From Streptomyces virus Wollford (Duplodnaviria; Heunggongvirae; Uroviricota; Caudoviricetes), in the IMG/VR virus record IMGVR_UViG_2974628344_000001, positions 1 through 60,328 of that record: a DNA stretch of 60,328 nucleotides. The stretch is one strand, 5' to 3'. This document shows positions 1 to 8,707 of the stretch, piece by piece (the stretch's first letter is position 1; each line of letters begins with the position of its first letter). A program made the translations under genes and the position numbers. Under the pieces are notes generated by a model, which saw only the letters and a list, made by a program, of their open reading frames with translations, had not been told where the DNA came from and did no database searches.

Positions 1-10
1 ATTGGGGTAA

Positions 11-24
11 TTGAACGCGTTCAA
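11..24. repeat. Perfect 14-bp palindrome TTGAACGCGTTCAA near the window start
   Basis: Read directly; a related imperfect palindrome TTTGAA-N7-TTCAAA lies at 11101-11119. Confidence 0.7.
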
Positions 25-918
25 AAAGCACATTTCCTTACATTCATAGGTAAGAAGGGGGTTCCAGCCTTAGAATCACAGCCAAAATAGCCAGCCAGCC
101 TAATAAACTATGGATTCAAGGGCATAATGGGCCTCTAAAAACCAGCAAAAATAGCCCCAAAACCTATGAAATCTGTCAATAATCGGCCCAAATCCTTAGA
201 AAACACGGCATTTCTGCACATTTTTGGATGCATTCGTAAAGGGCATGCCAGATAGACCTTAGAATCATAGCTATGCATGCCTATTTTGCCTTCGATTCGT
301 AAGTCAGCCCACTATGACAGCCAAAGTATGCAGCCATGCTATACAGCCTGAGTATCTGATTGAATATTCAGACAAGACATGTTGGTTGTAGTCTTATATG
401 GGGAATTAAAGCCCGGTGGGTATATATGCTTTGTTCTATGTCTTATATAGAAGGACACCTAACACCACCGGCCAACAATCTCTCCTTGTCCTATGTCTTA
501 TATCGTAAAACAGAAGAAGCCTCCCAAAAGCGGGAGGCTTTGTTTGCTTTCAGCTTGGATATGTCTTATATAAGACAGCAGCAATAAATGATCTTCAATT
601 CTAATTGGTAAATCGCCCGGGTTTTCAGGCTCATTCGTAAAGACGCTTGATCAAATATCGCTGGGAAATTTTGGACTCATTCGTAAACGGGAAAAATTCG
701 GACATGATGGGTCAAATCAAAATATAGATGTACAGTGATGATGTTAGTTAGGGTAGGTAATGAACCGGGGCGGTCATCTTCGATGACATTGAAAGGTTCC
801 TGGGCTGCTGCCGACCATCAGCTATTTAACCCCTTGCCCGACTGGACTGATAGGGGGCCCAGGAACACACCTTACTACCCTACTACAATAGTGTAACAAG
901 GCAGTCGCTCTGTGTCAA

Positions 919-1122
919 TCACCACTCAAGTTCGTTCTGCACACAGTAGTGAGAGACGAAGGGGACTACCCACTGCTCATTGAGCAACGATCCCTTGACG
1001 GGAAGGACAAGGACACGGTCCTTGGAGTTGAACTCCATTCGATCTCCGTCGATGTTCTCGAAGATCAGTTCGGCTCGACGGTCATCCTCAAGCACGATGA
1101 CAGTAATGCGCTTAGAAGCCAT
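919..1122 (-). CDS. Hypothetical protein, 67 aa
   Basis: ORF with GGAAGGA RBS and its own promoter. Confidence 0.75.
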   Translation of the reverse strand: MASKRITVIVLEDDRRAELIFENIDGDRMEFNSKDRVLVLPVKGSLLNEQWVVPFVSHYCVQNELEW

Positions 1123-1230
1123 TAGGTTCCTTCCCTAGTTGCTTGATACTAGTCTAACAGAGTAGAAGGGGAGTGTCTACCACCGGGCCAAAATAACCGG
1201 GGCGGCTAGCGGGCTTTCGCCCGCTGCCTG

Positions 1231-1380
1231 TCAGTCCTCTTCGCCAAGATCCTTCAACTTGGCAGTTGCTACCTCGTAGACACCCTTCCAGGGCTCGTAG
1301 TAGTCCTTGGGCTTCCTGTTGCCCATCGCAACCTGACACGAAGCACGAATCAGGCGAAGCTGTTCTACGGTGAACTCCAT
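1231..1380 (-). CDS. Hypothetical protein, 49 aa (MEFTVEQLRLIRASC...)
   Basis: Below the ORF-track cutoff; translated by hand; AGGAGG RBS; flanked by promoter and hairpin. Confidence 0.75.
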   Translation of the reverse strand: MEFTVEQLRLIRASCQVAMGNRKPKDYYEPWKGVYEVATAKLKDLGEED

Positions 1381-1489
1381 GTTTCCTCCTTGGCTGGTAA
1401 TCAGAGTCTATCAGAACGACACGAGGGTGTCTAGCCTTTTTCTATTTGACCGGGGCGGCCAAAAGGGCCCCCGAAGGGGCCCTAGTGAC

Positions 1490-2491
1490 TCAGGCAGCCA
1501 GAGCCAGACTCAGCACTGCCTTACGGATCTTGTTCTTGTCAGAGTTGGTGACCGGGTCGAAACCACTCGCCGCAGCGAACAGGTTATCCACGTTGCCGTT
1601 ACGCGGCATACGGTACCAGTCCAGACGCTCCGTCATGGCATTCAGCGCACCGGCCATCGTGCCAGCCAGAGACAGAGTGGTCTTGGGACCGTCACCAGTG
1701 TCGGTGAAGATGCCCATGAGCAGGTCACGCTTGTTGTCCCACTTGACCTGAGAGCCCTTGACGTTCTCCTTGGGACGCTCGCCGTACACCATCTTGATCA
1801 GCTCATCGAACTGATTCTTGGTGCACTCAGTGCGGAACAGTTCGTTCATCTCGCGCTCGAACTCATCCGCGTAGGCGAAGGTGATGTTCAGCGCCTCCCG
1901 CGCGGCGGCCATGCGTCCCTCGATAGTCTGAGTGTGGCGCATCTTGAACGTCTGCTTCACACCGTTACGGAGTGCGAAATTCAGCGTGTTCTGACACACG
2001 ACACGGACCGGAGTGACACTCGCCTGAACCGCGAGAGAACCGTCGTGGGAGGTGTTGACCAGCAGATACATGTTGGTCACGTCGGAGTCACCAACCAGAA
2101 CCTCTCGGCCGATACGCAGAGATCCGAAGACCTGCGTACCTTCCTTGATAGAACCGGCAGTCTCCCACGTTCCACCACCCGCGAGGATACCGTCACCAAA
2201 GGCGAACAGCTCCTCATTCTGCACCACCTTGTACCGCTCCGCCACGATGCCGAGGCTGTCAGCCTCCTGATCGAACGGGTTGGTACGGATCACCTCGAAC
2301 ATGTTCTTGGAGGTGCGTCCCTTGCGCTCCAGCGGCTCCAGTCGGACGTTCCAGTCGGACAGGTGGGCCAGACGAAGCATCTCGGAGGTGGTGAGTTCAC
2401 CTTCGAAGACGGTGCCGAGGTTGTGCCACGCAGGCTCCAGACGAGAAGCGAACGCGACCTGACCACGGGTACCGATTTCAAGACCGTGCAT
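1490..2491 (-). CDS. DUF932 / TIGR03299-like phage-plasmid protein, 333 aa
   Basis: PAWHNLG, Y.VVQN.E.F, WETAGSIKEG, SHDGSLA, TPVRVVCQNTL motifs; start moved to ATG 2491 (GGAG RBS). Confidence 0.85.
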   Translation of the reverse strand: MHGLEIGTRGQVAFASRLEPAWHNLGTVFEGELTTSEMLRLAHLSDWNVRLEPLERKGRTSKNMFEVIRTNPFDQEADSLGIVAERYKVVQNEELFAFGDGILAGGGTWETAGSIKEGTQVFGSLRIGREVLVGDSDVTNMYLLVNTSHDGSLAVQASVTPVRVVCQNTLNFALRNGVKQTFKMRHTQTIEGRMAAAREALNITFAYADEFEREMNELFRTECTKNQFDELIKMVYGERPKENVKGSQVKWDNKRDLLMGIFTDTGDGPKTTLSLAGTMAGALNAMTERLDWYRMPRNGNVDNLFAAASGFDPVTNSDKNKIRKAVLSLALAA

Positions 2492-2729
2492 TTGTACTCC
2501 TAGTGTAGGTGTTTCTTCTAGCTTACTTGCACGGAGACTACTTGTCAAAGTAGTCGGACATAGCACACTGTTCAGTTGATCAAGCAACAGATCATCCAAG
2601 GCTTCCGGGTTTCCCCTTCCCCCTTGCTGATAGCTCAAGTCTAACAGAGACTAGGCGGGTGTGTCTACATGGTTCAAGGAAGATCCTTTCGCCGGGGCGG
2701 CTTGTGGCCCCCGAAGGGGCCACAGCCAA

Positions 2730-3125
2730 TTAGGGAATCATCCCCAGAGGCTCATAGATTCCCACAATGTCGGAATCCGTCACAGCCGCTACAGACTGGT
2801 AGGTGCCGCTACGCACCTTCTCAGCCGGAACGTCATAGGCCACCACGGAGTAACCCGCAGCGTCCAAGTCATGGCCGAAGTTCTCAAACCACTTGGCCAA
2901 CTGCCCCTCAGAGATCAGCACGCAGAACTCATTGGGGGAAATACCACCAGGAAGATCAGTCCACGGCGTCGGGTGAGACTCGTCCACGTGCTCACGGCAC
3001 AGACGGTTAGAAACCGCCTTGACATTGGGGTCGAAAGAGTCCCAACCCTCACGATAGGGACCAGCCCACTTGCCCGTAAGGTTGCCCTCGTGCTTCGGAG
3101 ACAGGGCAACACGGTAAACGATCAC
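2730..3125 (-). CDS. Hypothetical protein, 131 aa
   Basis: GTG start with GGAGG RBS; own promoter. Confidence 0.75.
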   Translation of the reverse strand: MIVYRVALSPKHEGNLTGKWAGPYREGWDSFDPNVKAVSNRLCREHVDESHPTPWTDLPGGISPNEFCVLISEGQLAKWFENFGHDLDAAGYSVVAYDVPAEKVRSGTYQSVAAVTDSDIVGIYEPLGMIP

Positions 3126-3228
3126 AGCTCCTCCTAGGTTTCCCTGATTGGTAATCCTAGTCTAGCGGATCTGACGACTGATCACAACACATCTTCACAA
3201 AAGCCGGGGCGGCCCGGAGGCCGCTATG

Positions 3229-3576
3229 TCAAGCTCCCATACGAATGATCATCTGCTCAATTACAAATCGAGCAACAGAACACCGATTGTACTCTTCATC
3301 ATTTCGGGTGGTGCCATTAGCTTCCTTGGCAGCCATTGCATTAAGGATAGCAATAGCCAGATCAAACAACGGCTTCTGCAATTCCTCATTCTGGCTACAC
3401 ATCAGATATGCAAGGACATGGGGATTGAAGGTGCGCTTATCGAGAACGGAAAGGATTTTGTCGGCATCCTTTTCCGCCGGGCTTCGACGCGTAGAGGTAA
3501 CCCGTGCACCCTGATAAACATCAGGAGCAATTACCGAGACTTCAGCCTGCCGAAAGATATCACCGTTGTTGGCCAT
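3229..3576 (-). CDS. Hypothetical protein, 115 aa
   Basis: GGAGG RBS. Confidence 0.75.
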   Translation of the reverse strand: MANNGDIFRQAEVSVIAPDVYQGARVTSTRRSPAEKDADKILSVLDKRTFNPHVLAYLMCSQNEELQKPLFDLAIAILNAMAAKEANGTTRNDEEYNRCSVARFVIEQMIIRMGA

Positions 3577-3618
3577 TATGCCTCCAATGGAACGGCCCCC
3601 TTTCGGGGGCCGTTAGGC

Positions 3619-3786
3619 TTACAGATTCGTCGGATCGAAATCCTTTGTGTTCCCATATCCATCGCTTACGCTAATGGACATTCCGAGGACACGTGCCAGG
3701 AAGGGCCCTAGAGCTTGGACCATTTCCCAAGCCTGGTCTTCCTCTTGATCATCTCTGGGCTCGATTTCGAGCATGATGTTGGCCAT
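3619..3786 (-). CDS. Hypothetical acidic protein, 55 aa (MANIMLEIEPRDDQEEDQ...)
   Basis: Translated by hand; fills the gap between the Lsr2-like gene and a hairpin. Confidence 0.6.
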   Translation of the reverse strand: MANIMLEIEPRDDQEEDQAWEMVQALGPFLARVLGMSISVSDGYGNTKDFDPTNL

Positions 3787-3795
3787 AGGTCTACC

Positions 3796-4308
3796 TTACT
3801 TGACCTTGACCTCAACGTCAAGACCGAGCACCACCGGGCTACCACACTTGCAGTAGGCCAGGGAGTAACCGCACTTGCACGCCTCATTCTCAGAGAAGCG
3901 CCACACCTTACCCTTACGGTCAACGGCCACGTACTCCGTGGAAGCGGAGCGGGAACGGGCCGCATGCGGACGAACGTCCTTACCGGTCGGGGCCTTCACA
4001 CCGGAAACGGCCTCCGCCTTCACATCCGGGTTGGCCTTTGCGTACGCCTCCAGGATCTCACCGGAGATACGGCCACGGGAGTTGATCTCGATACCGTTGG
4101 CCTTCGCCCAGGTGCGAACCTTCTTTGCGTCATAGGCACCGGCCTTGACCGCAGCGGGCTTGTTGGTGCGGACCACGCCCGTGTCAGCGAAGACGGTACC
4201 CGCAGCCTCAGCAGCGTCGATAGCCGCGTACGCCTCCTTGGACATACGACCACGCTTGCCCATGATCGCCAGGCCGAGGGAAGCCGCGTACTCACGCTTG
4301 GTCTGCAT
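3796..4308 (-). CDS. lsr2: Lsr2-like DNA-binding protein with two RGR modules and a Cys-rich C-terminus
   Basis: VRTWAKANGIEINSRGRISGEILEAY matches the Lsr2 C-terminal domain; second REYAASLGL..KRGRMSKEAYAAI near the N-terminus. Confidence 0.8.
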   Translation of the reverse strand: MQTKREYAASLGLAIMGKRGRMSKEAYAAIDAAEAAGTVFADTGVVRTNKPAAVKAGAYDAKKVRTWAKANGIEINSRGRISGEILEAYAKANPDVKAEAVSGVKAPTGKDVRPHAARSRSASTEYVAVDRKGKVWRFSENEACKCGYSLAYCKCGSPVVLGLDVEVKVK

Positions 4309-4423
4309 TTGGTTCCTTCCGTTGTCCTTCGTTGTGACTTAAGCATAACAGAGCAAGGGCAGCAGGGTCAACATGAAATTATGTCCGATTTGTCTCGCCG
4401 CCCCGGCCCCGGAGGGCCTTTCC

Positions 4424-5164
4424 TTATTTTGCCCGGCGCTTAGAGACCTTAGAAGCAAAGCGAATGTCTGCCTTACCAAAGATGCACAGTCCACACGTTA
4501 CGCATGCACCGCCATCCTTAGTGATAAGGGGAATACGCTTGGCATTCTCAGGACAGATGGCACCGGGCTTACCAGTGTTGGTAAGCATGAATTCCTTACC
4601 AGTCTCATGAGTCTCAGAGAGATAGGCAAGGCGCACAGACGGGTACTCAGACTTTGTTTCCAAAGCCTTTTGCTCATTCTCACCATCTACACTCAGGTAA
4701 ACAGAGAGATTGGGAATTCCCACGATGTACTGGACATACTCGAATGAACGAGTGTAAATCCAGAATTGCACATCGGTGAATCGTTCGGCAATCCAGCCGA
4801 TTGCGTGCGCGTAGTCCGCAGAGAAGATATCACCATCTGCGTGCCAGCGAAATACCTTGCTGATGTTGTTCTTTGCGCATTCCTCAGAGAATTCCTCAAT
4901 CATTTCGATGAGGAGGTCCATCATTTCACTGAGAGATGCATCTTTCAGCAATTCCCAGTTGTGCAGTGCAAGGTTACGGAATGCCGGATACTGCCTTTCA
5001 AGCTTACCGGCATAGCAGACAGTCTCACAGACCTTTGTGGCACCGGGGCAAGAATACGCAGTACCAGACGGCAGAGAGAATGCGTTTTTGAGCAACGACT
5101 GAGTGCCGTTGGCGTTTACGCGGGCAGTGGTCTTGCGATCGTTGGTCCTCTTGAGTCTAGCCAT
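4424..5164 (-). CDS. Gp88-like (radical-SAM-related) phage protein
   Basis: FSLPSG..SCPGAT.VC..VCYA, FRWHADGD, FWIYTRS, CxxCGLC motifs. Confidence 0.7.
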   Translation of the reverse strand: MARLKRTNDRKTTARVNANGTQSLLKNAFSLPSGTAYSCPGATKVCETVCYAGKLERQYPAFRNLALHNWELLKDASLSEMMDLLIEMIEEFSEECAKNNISKVFRWHADGDIFSADYAHAIGWIAERFTDVQFWIYTRSFEYVQYIVGIPNLSVYLSVDGENEQKALETKSEYPSVRLAYLSETHETGKEFMLTNTGKPGAICPENAKRIPLITKDGGACVTCGLCIFGKADIRFASKVSKRRAK

Positions 5165-5357
5165 GAACAATCACACTCCTGTGCGCTGCGTACGAAATGA
5201 CACGATCGCGATGCTCACCGTCCACAAGGAAGATGACCATGCGCTTGCCGTTGTGTGTGCTGACATTCTGAACGATCTTGCCGGTCATGTAGTAACCGGA
5301 GTCGAAAGTGATCGTTTCCCCGACCTGGATAGTGCTAAACGGCTTGCGTTCGCTCAT
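5157..5357 (-). CDS. Hypothetical protein, 66 aa, probably leaderless
   Basis: ATG lies 7 nt downstream of -10 TAGGAT; no SD. Confidence 0.7.
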   Translation of the reverse strand: MSERKPFSTIQVGETITFDSGYYMTGKIVQNVSTHNGKRMVIFLVDGEHRDRVISYAAHRSVIVHG

Positions 5358-5458
5358 GGATCGATCCTAACACACGTAAACGTAAGAGGTCAACACTGTT
5401 GGATCAAGATCTTTTGACCGGGGCGGCCAAAAGGGCCCCCGAAGGGGCCCTAGGCTGC

Positions 5459-5623
5459 TTACTTGGGAGCGACCTCGAAGTCGTCCAGGCCGAGCGCGAC
5501 GGTCTCGAACTCATTGGCCATGTTGTCGGTCATCTCGGCGGTGATGTTGCGGACGAGAGCGACACGCACGGTGGCGGTCATGGGGGTCTCGGCGATGACC
5601 TTGGCGATGGCGATGGCCTTCAT
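5459..5623 (-). CDS. Hypothetical protein, 54 aa (MKAIAIAKVIAETPM...)
   Basis: Translated by hand; GC3-rich codons; own promoter 5653-5681. Confidence 0.7.
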   Translation of the reverse strand: MKAIAIAKVIAETPMTATVRVALVRNITAEMTDNMANEFETVALGLDDFEVAPK

Positions 5624-5678
5624 TTTGGAGCCTTTCGTCGTGGTGTGTTCTCAGTCTAGCGGATGGAACTTGGTTTGT

Positions 5679-5792
5679 CTAGTCGCAGTCGACCAGAATT
5701 TCCATGTCGTCCAGGTGCGCGTCCGCGCCCTCAAGCTCGTCCAGGCGAGCCATCGTGATGGCCTCTTCGAGAGAAACGTCGTCGTACATCAT
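5679..5792 (-). CDS. Small acidic protein, 37 aa (MMYDDVSLEEAITMARLDELEG...)
   Basis: Translated by hand; AAAGGGG RBS; promoter 5835-5863. Confidence 0.6.
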   Translation of the reverse strand: MMYDDVSLEEAITMARLDELEGADAHLDDMEILVDCD

Positions 5793-5922
5793 TGCCCCTT
5801 TCTTGGGGAGGTTTCCCTCCCTTTCGATGTTCTAAGTCTACATGAACGCAAGGACAGTTGCAACACGGTCTGAGCATGATCTTTTCGCCGGGGCGGCTAG
5901 CGGGCTTTCGCCCGCCGCCTAC

Positions 5923-6276
5923 CTACCTACGGCCCATCGGAAGGCCCTGGGCCTTCGCTGCCCTTTCCAGGCTCCATCCGTTGTAGGTGTCCTTGGGGGT
6001 GATGTATTCGATCTCCGTGATGCCCAGCAGGTACGCGACCAGCAGCCTGTGGTGGCCGTTGGTGATCATGTTCTTGTCCGGGTTCCACACGATCGGCGTC
6101 TTGATGCCGTCCTTGGCAATGCTTTCGATGAACTCAAGCGGCAGCTCATCGAACTTCTCAAGCATGCAACGCTCCTTGTCGTCCATCGCGCTGCTACCGA
6201 ACAGCTCCTCACGGGTGTTGCGGGCGTCACCAAAGATCGCGGTGTGCCAGAGCTTTTCGACGTTGGCCTTCGGCAT
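5923..6276 (-). CDS. ParB/sulfiredoxin-like N-terminal domain protein
   Basis: FIESIAKDGIKTPIVW...ITNGHHRLLVAYLLGITEI. Confidence 0.75.
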   Translation of the reverse strand: MPKANVEKLWHTAIFGDARNTREELFGSSAMDDKERCMLEKFDELPLEFIESIAKDGIKTPIVWNPDKNMITNGHHRLLVAYLLGITEIEYITPKDTYNGWSLERAAKAQGLPMGRR

Positions 6277-6401
6277 CTTCACTCCTAGTTCTTGCCCGGC
6301 TGATAGCTCTAGTCTAATGGAAGATGTGATGAGGAGTCAACTCAACTCATCAAGATCTTTTGACCGGGGCGGCTAGGCCGCCCGAAGGCGGCCCGGCGCT
6401 A

Positions 6402-6545
6402 TTAGATCCAGTTCCAGCCGATGTGCAGCAGGGCACCGAGGATCATGATGCCCAGGACACCGAGTCCGAGATTCACCAGCATCAGCAGTGCGGCAACCGG
6501 ACCAGAAACACCCTCGACGTTGATGACACCCTTGACGTTGTACAT
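6402..6545 (-). CDS. Small membrane protein, 47 aa
   Basis: Hydrophobic stretch AALLMLVNLGLGVLGIMILGALL; GGAG RBS. Confidence 0.65.
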   Translation of the reverse strand: MYNVKGVINVEGVSGPVAALLMLVNLGLGVLGIMILGALLHIGWNWI

Positions 6546-6660
6546 GATCACTCCATGAGGCTCAGAGGAATTTGAAGGATTGTCCAGCAGCAGAACACTA
6601 GGAATCCTATCAGCCAAGGTATCAAGATCACAAGACCTAGGCCACATAGGATTTTGAGGA

Positions 6661-6801
6661 CTAGCCCCAAATCTCCCGCTTGCTCTTCATCTCGGAGAGG
6701 TAGCGGTCACGACGGCTCTGACGGTACTTCTTGATCTTCTTGATCCGTCGGCTGGTCTGCTTGGCACGTTCCCTGCGAAGCTCGGAAAGTTCGGCTCTCA
6801 T
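6661..6801 (-). CDS. Highly basic protein, 46 aa (MRAELSELRRERAKQTSRRIKKIKKYRQSRR...)
   Basis: Translated by hand; AAGGGAAG RBS; promoter 6825-6854. Confidence 0.7.
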   Translation of the reverse strand: MRAELSELRRERAKQTSRRIKKIKKYRQSRRDRYLSEMKSKREIWG

Positions 6802-6913
6802 GTTCTTCCCTTCGTTCTGACTCCAGTATATACACAAGGATGGGTGTGGTGCAACAGATCAGAGGAAGATCTTTTCGCCGGGGCGGCTAGGCCGCCCGTA
6901 GGCGGCCCGCTGC

Positions 6914-7249
6914 TCAGTTGTCCATGATCTTGTGGTAGAAGTCCTGGTAGGAACGCGCGCCGTCGATGGCGTCCTGAAGGCTGTCATAGCCCATGAAGTC
7001 GTCCAGAGTCACGATCTTGAAGAAACCGTCCACGTTGCGAGTTGCGTAGCGAAGGCTGTACGACTTGGCTTCCGGGTCGTCCATGTACTCGGACGTGATG
7101 AAGATCGTCCCTCGCTGGCCGATGGGGAAGAGGTCGTTCTCGTAGAGTTCCGTGTTGAAGAACCGCATGGAGGAACACTTGAACCACTCACGCGCGGTGC
7201 TGTTGGACTCGCGGGAAGCCTTCTTGATCTGGTCCATCGTGGAGAACAT
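6914..7249 (-). CDS. Hypothetical protein, 111 aa
   Basis: GAGG RBS; own promoter. Confidence 0.8.
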   Translation of the reverse strand: MFSTMDQIKKASRESNSTAREWFKCSSMRFFNTELYENDLFPIGQRGTIFITSEYMDDPEAKSYSLRYATRNVDGFFKIVTLDDFMGYDSLQDAIDGARSYQDFYHKIMDN

Positions 7250-7368
7250 TTACGTTCCTCTCGCTCGGTGTAAGACGAGTCTAACACAGTCCAGGAGCAG
7301 AGTACAACATCATTTTCCAAGATCTTTTAACCGCCCCGGCCAAATGGCCCCCGAAGGGGCCATTGGTT

Positions 7369-7635
7369 TTAGAGTCGGGGCTTCTTGCCGAGACCCATGC
7401 TCTTGCCGAAGTCGTAGGACTTGCCCTTGACCTCGTAGCCAGCAGAGACGTTGTTCACGCGGAACGGAGCGGCCCGGTGCAGAGCGGACAGCTTCTCAGC
7501 AGAACCCGCAGCTTCAACGTAGACCTTTCCGCTCATCTCGTCCACTCGGTAGTCGAACTCGACTCCGTAGACCGTGGCCATCGTGATCACGACGCCAGCA
7601 CGCTTGATGGAAACCTCACCCATGAGAACGGCCAT
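7369..7635 (-). CDS. Hypothetical protein, 88 aa
   Basis: GAGG RBS; own promoter. Confidence 0.75.
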   Translation of the reverse strand: MAVLMGEVSIKRAGVVITMATVYGVEFDYRVDEMSGKVYVEAAGSAEKLSALHRAAPFRVNNVSAGYEVKGKSYDFGKSMGLGKKPRL

Positions 7636-7668
7636 TTCAGTTCCTCTCGTTGGTGTTCTTGAAGTCTA

Positions 7669-7911
7669 TCAGAGGATGCTCAGCTTGCCAAGCTCTTCTG
7701 TGGTGACAATCTCGGGGTTGTTGAAGAAACCGTGGTCGGGACGAATCCACGCGGTGTCAGAAGTCGTCTTTACGATCTTACCCGTGTAGACCTTGAAGCC
7801 ATCGAACTCGATGCCCTCATTGATCATGAACTGGTACGAACTCCGCATGATCACGACATGGGAGCCGATCTTGAACTTACGCTTATTGGCGATCTTGCGA
7901 AAGATGTTCAT
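7669..7911 (-). CDS. Hypothetical protein, 80 aa
   Basis: GGGAG RBS; own promoter. Confidence 0.75.
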   Translation of the reverse strand: MNIFRKIANKRKFKIGSHVVIMRSSYQFMINEGIEFDGFKVYTGKIVKTTSDTAWIRPDHGFFNNPEIVTTEELGKLSIL

Positions 7912-8018
7912 GATCTCTCCCTTTCGTTAAGACGAGTCTACACTACACAAGGGACATGCGCAACACATTCTCAAAAGAGCCGGGGCGGCCAAATGGCCCC
8001 CTTTCGGGGGCCAGATGA

Positions 8019-8561
8019 CTAGCAGTTGCCGCCGCAGCAGGAGTAGCAACCCCCGCAGTCGTTGCAAATGTCGCTCCGGTCGTTGCTGCTGTTGCTCTTC
8101 TCGAAGACTTCCTTGGGGGTCGGCGTGGCCTTCGGCTTGATCATTCCCTCGACGGACTCGATCTTTTCCCAGTCGAGCTGATCGGTCTTGCCCATCGGCG
8201 TGATGTTGTCCACCACGGTCTTTGCCTCCAGCAGGCCCAGACCCTCGAAGCGCTCACGCAGCACCTTGATGCAGGTAATCTTGCGGGTGTAGTCGCGCTC
8301 GGTGAAGTTCATGATCGCCCAGGTCGTGACCTCGATCATCTTCGGGTCGAAGGTGCCTCGCACGGAGTTCTGACCGGCCTTGACACCGGCCTTGTACTGC
8401 TCCTCGCCGTACGCGTACTTCTGGTCCTCCAGCTTGTAACGCTCGTCGGCGAACTTGTTGTTGTAGGCGCGGTCCAGCTCCCCGGCGAAGCGGAGGGCGA
8501 GTTCGATCTTCGTGTCGGGGAAGTAAGCGGCGACCTTCTGAACGACCTCGATGCGCTCCAT
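8019..8561 (-). CDS. Protein with a ribosomal L7/L12 C-terminal-domain-like motif and Cys-rich tail
   Basis: RKITCIKVLRERFEGLGLLEAKTVVD resembles bL12 KIxVIKxVRExTGLGLKEAKxLVE; start moved to ATG 8561 (AAAGG RBS). Confidence 0.65.
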   Translation of the reverse strand: MERIEVVQKVAAYFPDTKIELALRFAGELDRAYNNKFADERYKLEDQKYAYGEEQYKAGVKAGQNSVRGTFDPKMIEVTTWAIMNFTERDYTRKITCIKVLRERFEGLGLLEAKTVVDNITPMGKTDQLDWEKIESVEGMIKPKATPTPKEVFEKSNSSNDRSDICNDCGGCYSCCGGNC

Positions 8562-8707
8562 GATCGGACCTTTCTCTCTAGGGGGCCTTTCCCCCTTTCG
8601 ATGTACTAAGCTTAGCACGGTCAGATGGGCCATGTCCAACCCCTCTGGCCAACTAATTTCCAAGATCTTTTGACCGGGGCGGCTAGCGGGCTTGCGCCCG
8701 CCGCCGG

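Larger units (their letters stand above)
1209..8702 (-). terminator. Family of GC-rich terminator-like hairpins just downstream of leftward cassette genes
   Basis: GGCCCC-CGAA-GGGGCC (~1466,2706,5434,7346), GCGGGC-TTTC/TTGC-GCCCGC (~1209,5900,8687), GGCCGCC-CG(A/T)A-GGCGGCC (~6376,6890), GGCCCCC-TTTC-GGGGGCC (~3594,7995); no U-tract on the minus strand. Confidence 0.7.

Noticed and set aside
360-587. 75-aa ORF in the left end
   Set aside because: TTG start, no RBS, runs through repeated motifs; no protein-like features
1370-2503. 377-aa + strand ORF (and similar long antisense ORFs at 3715-4443, 4766-5200, 5842-6288)
   Set aside because: Shadow ORFs opposite GC3-rich genes; no RBS or motifs; promoters and RBS all support the minus strand
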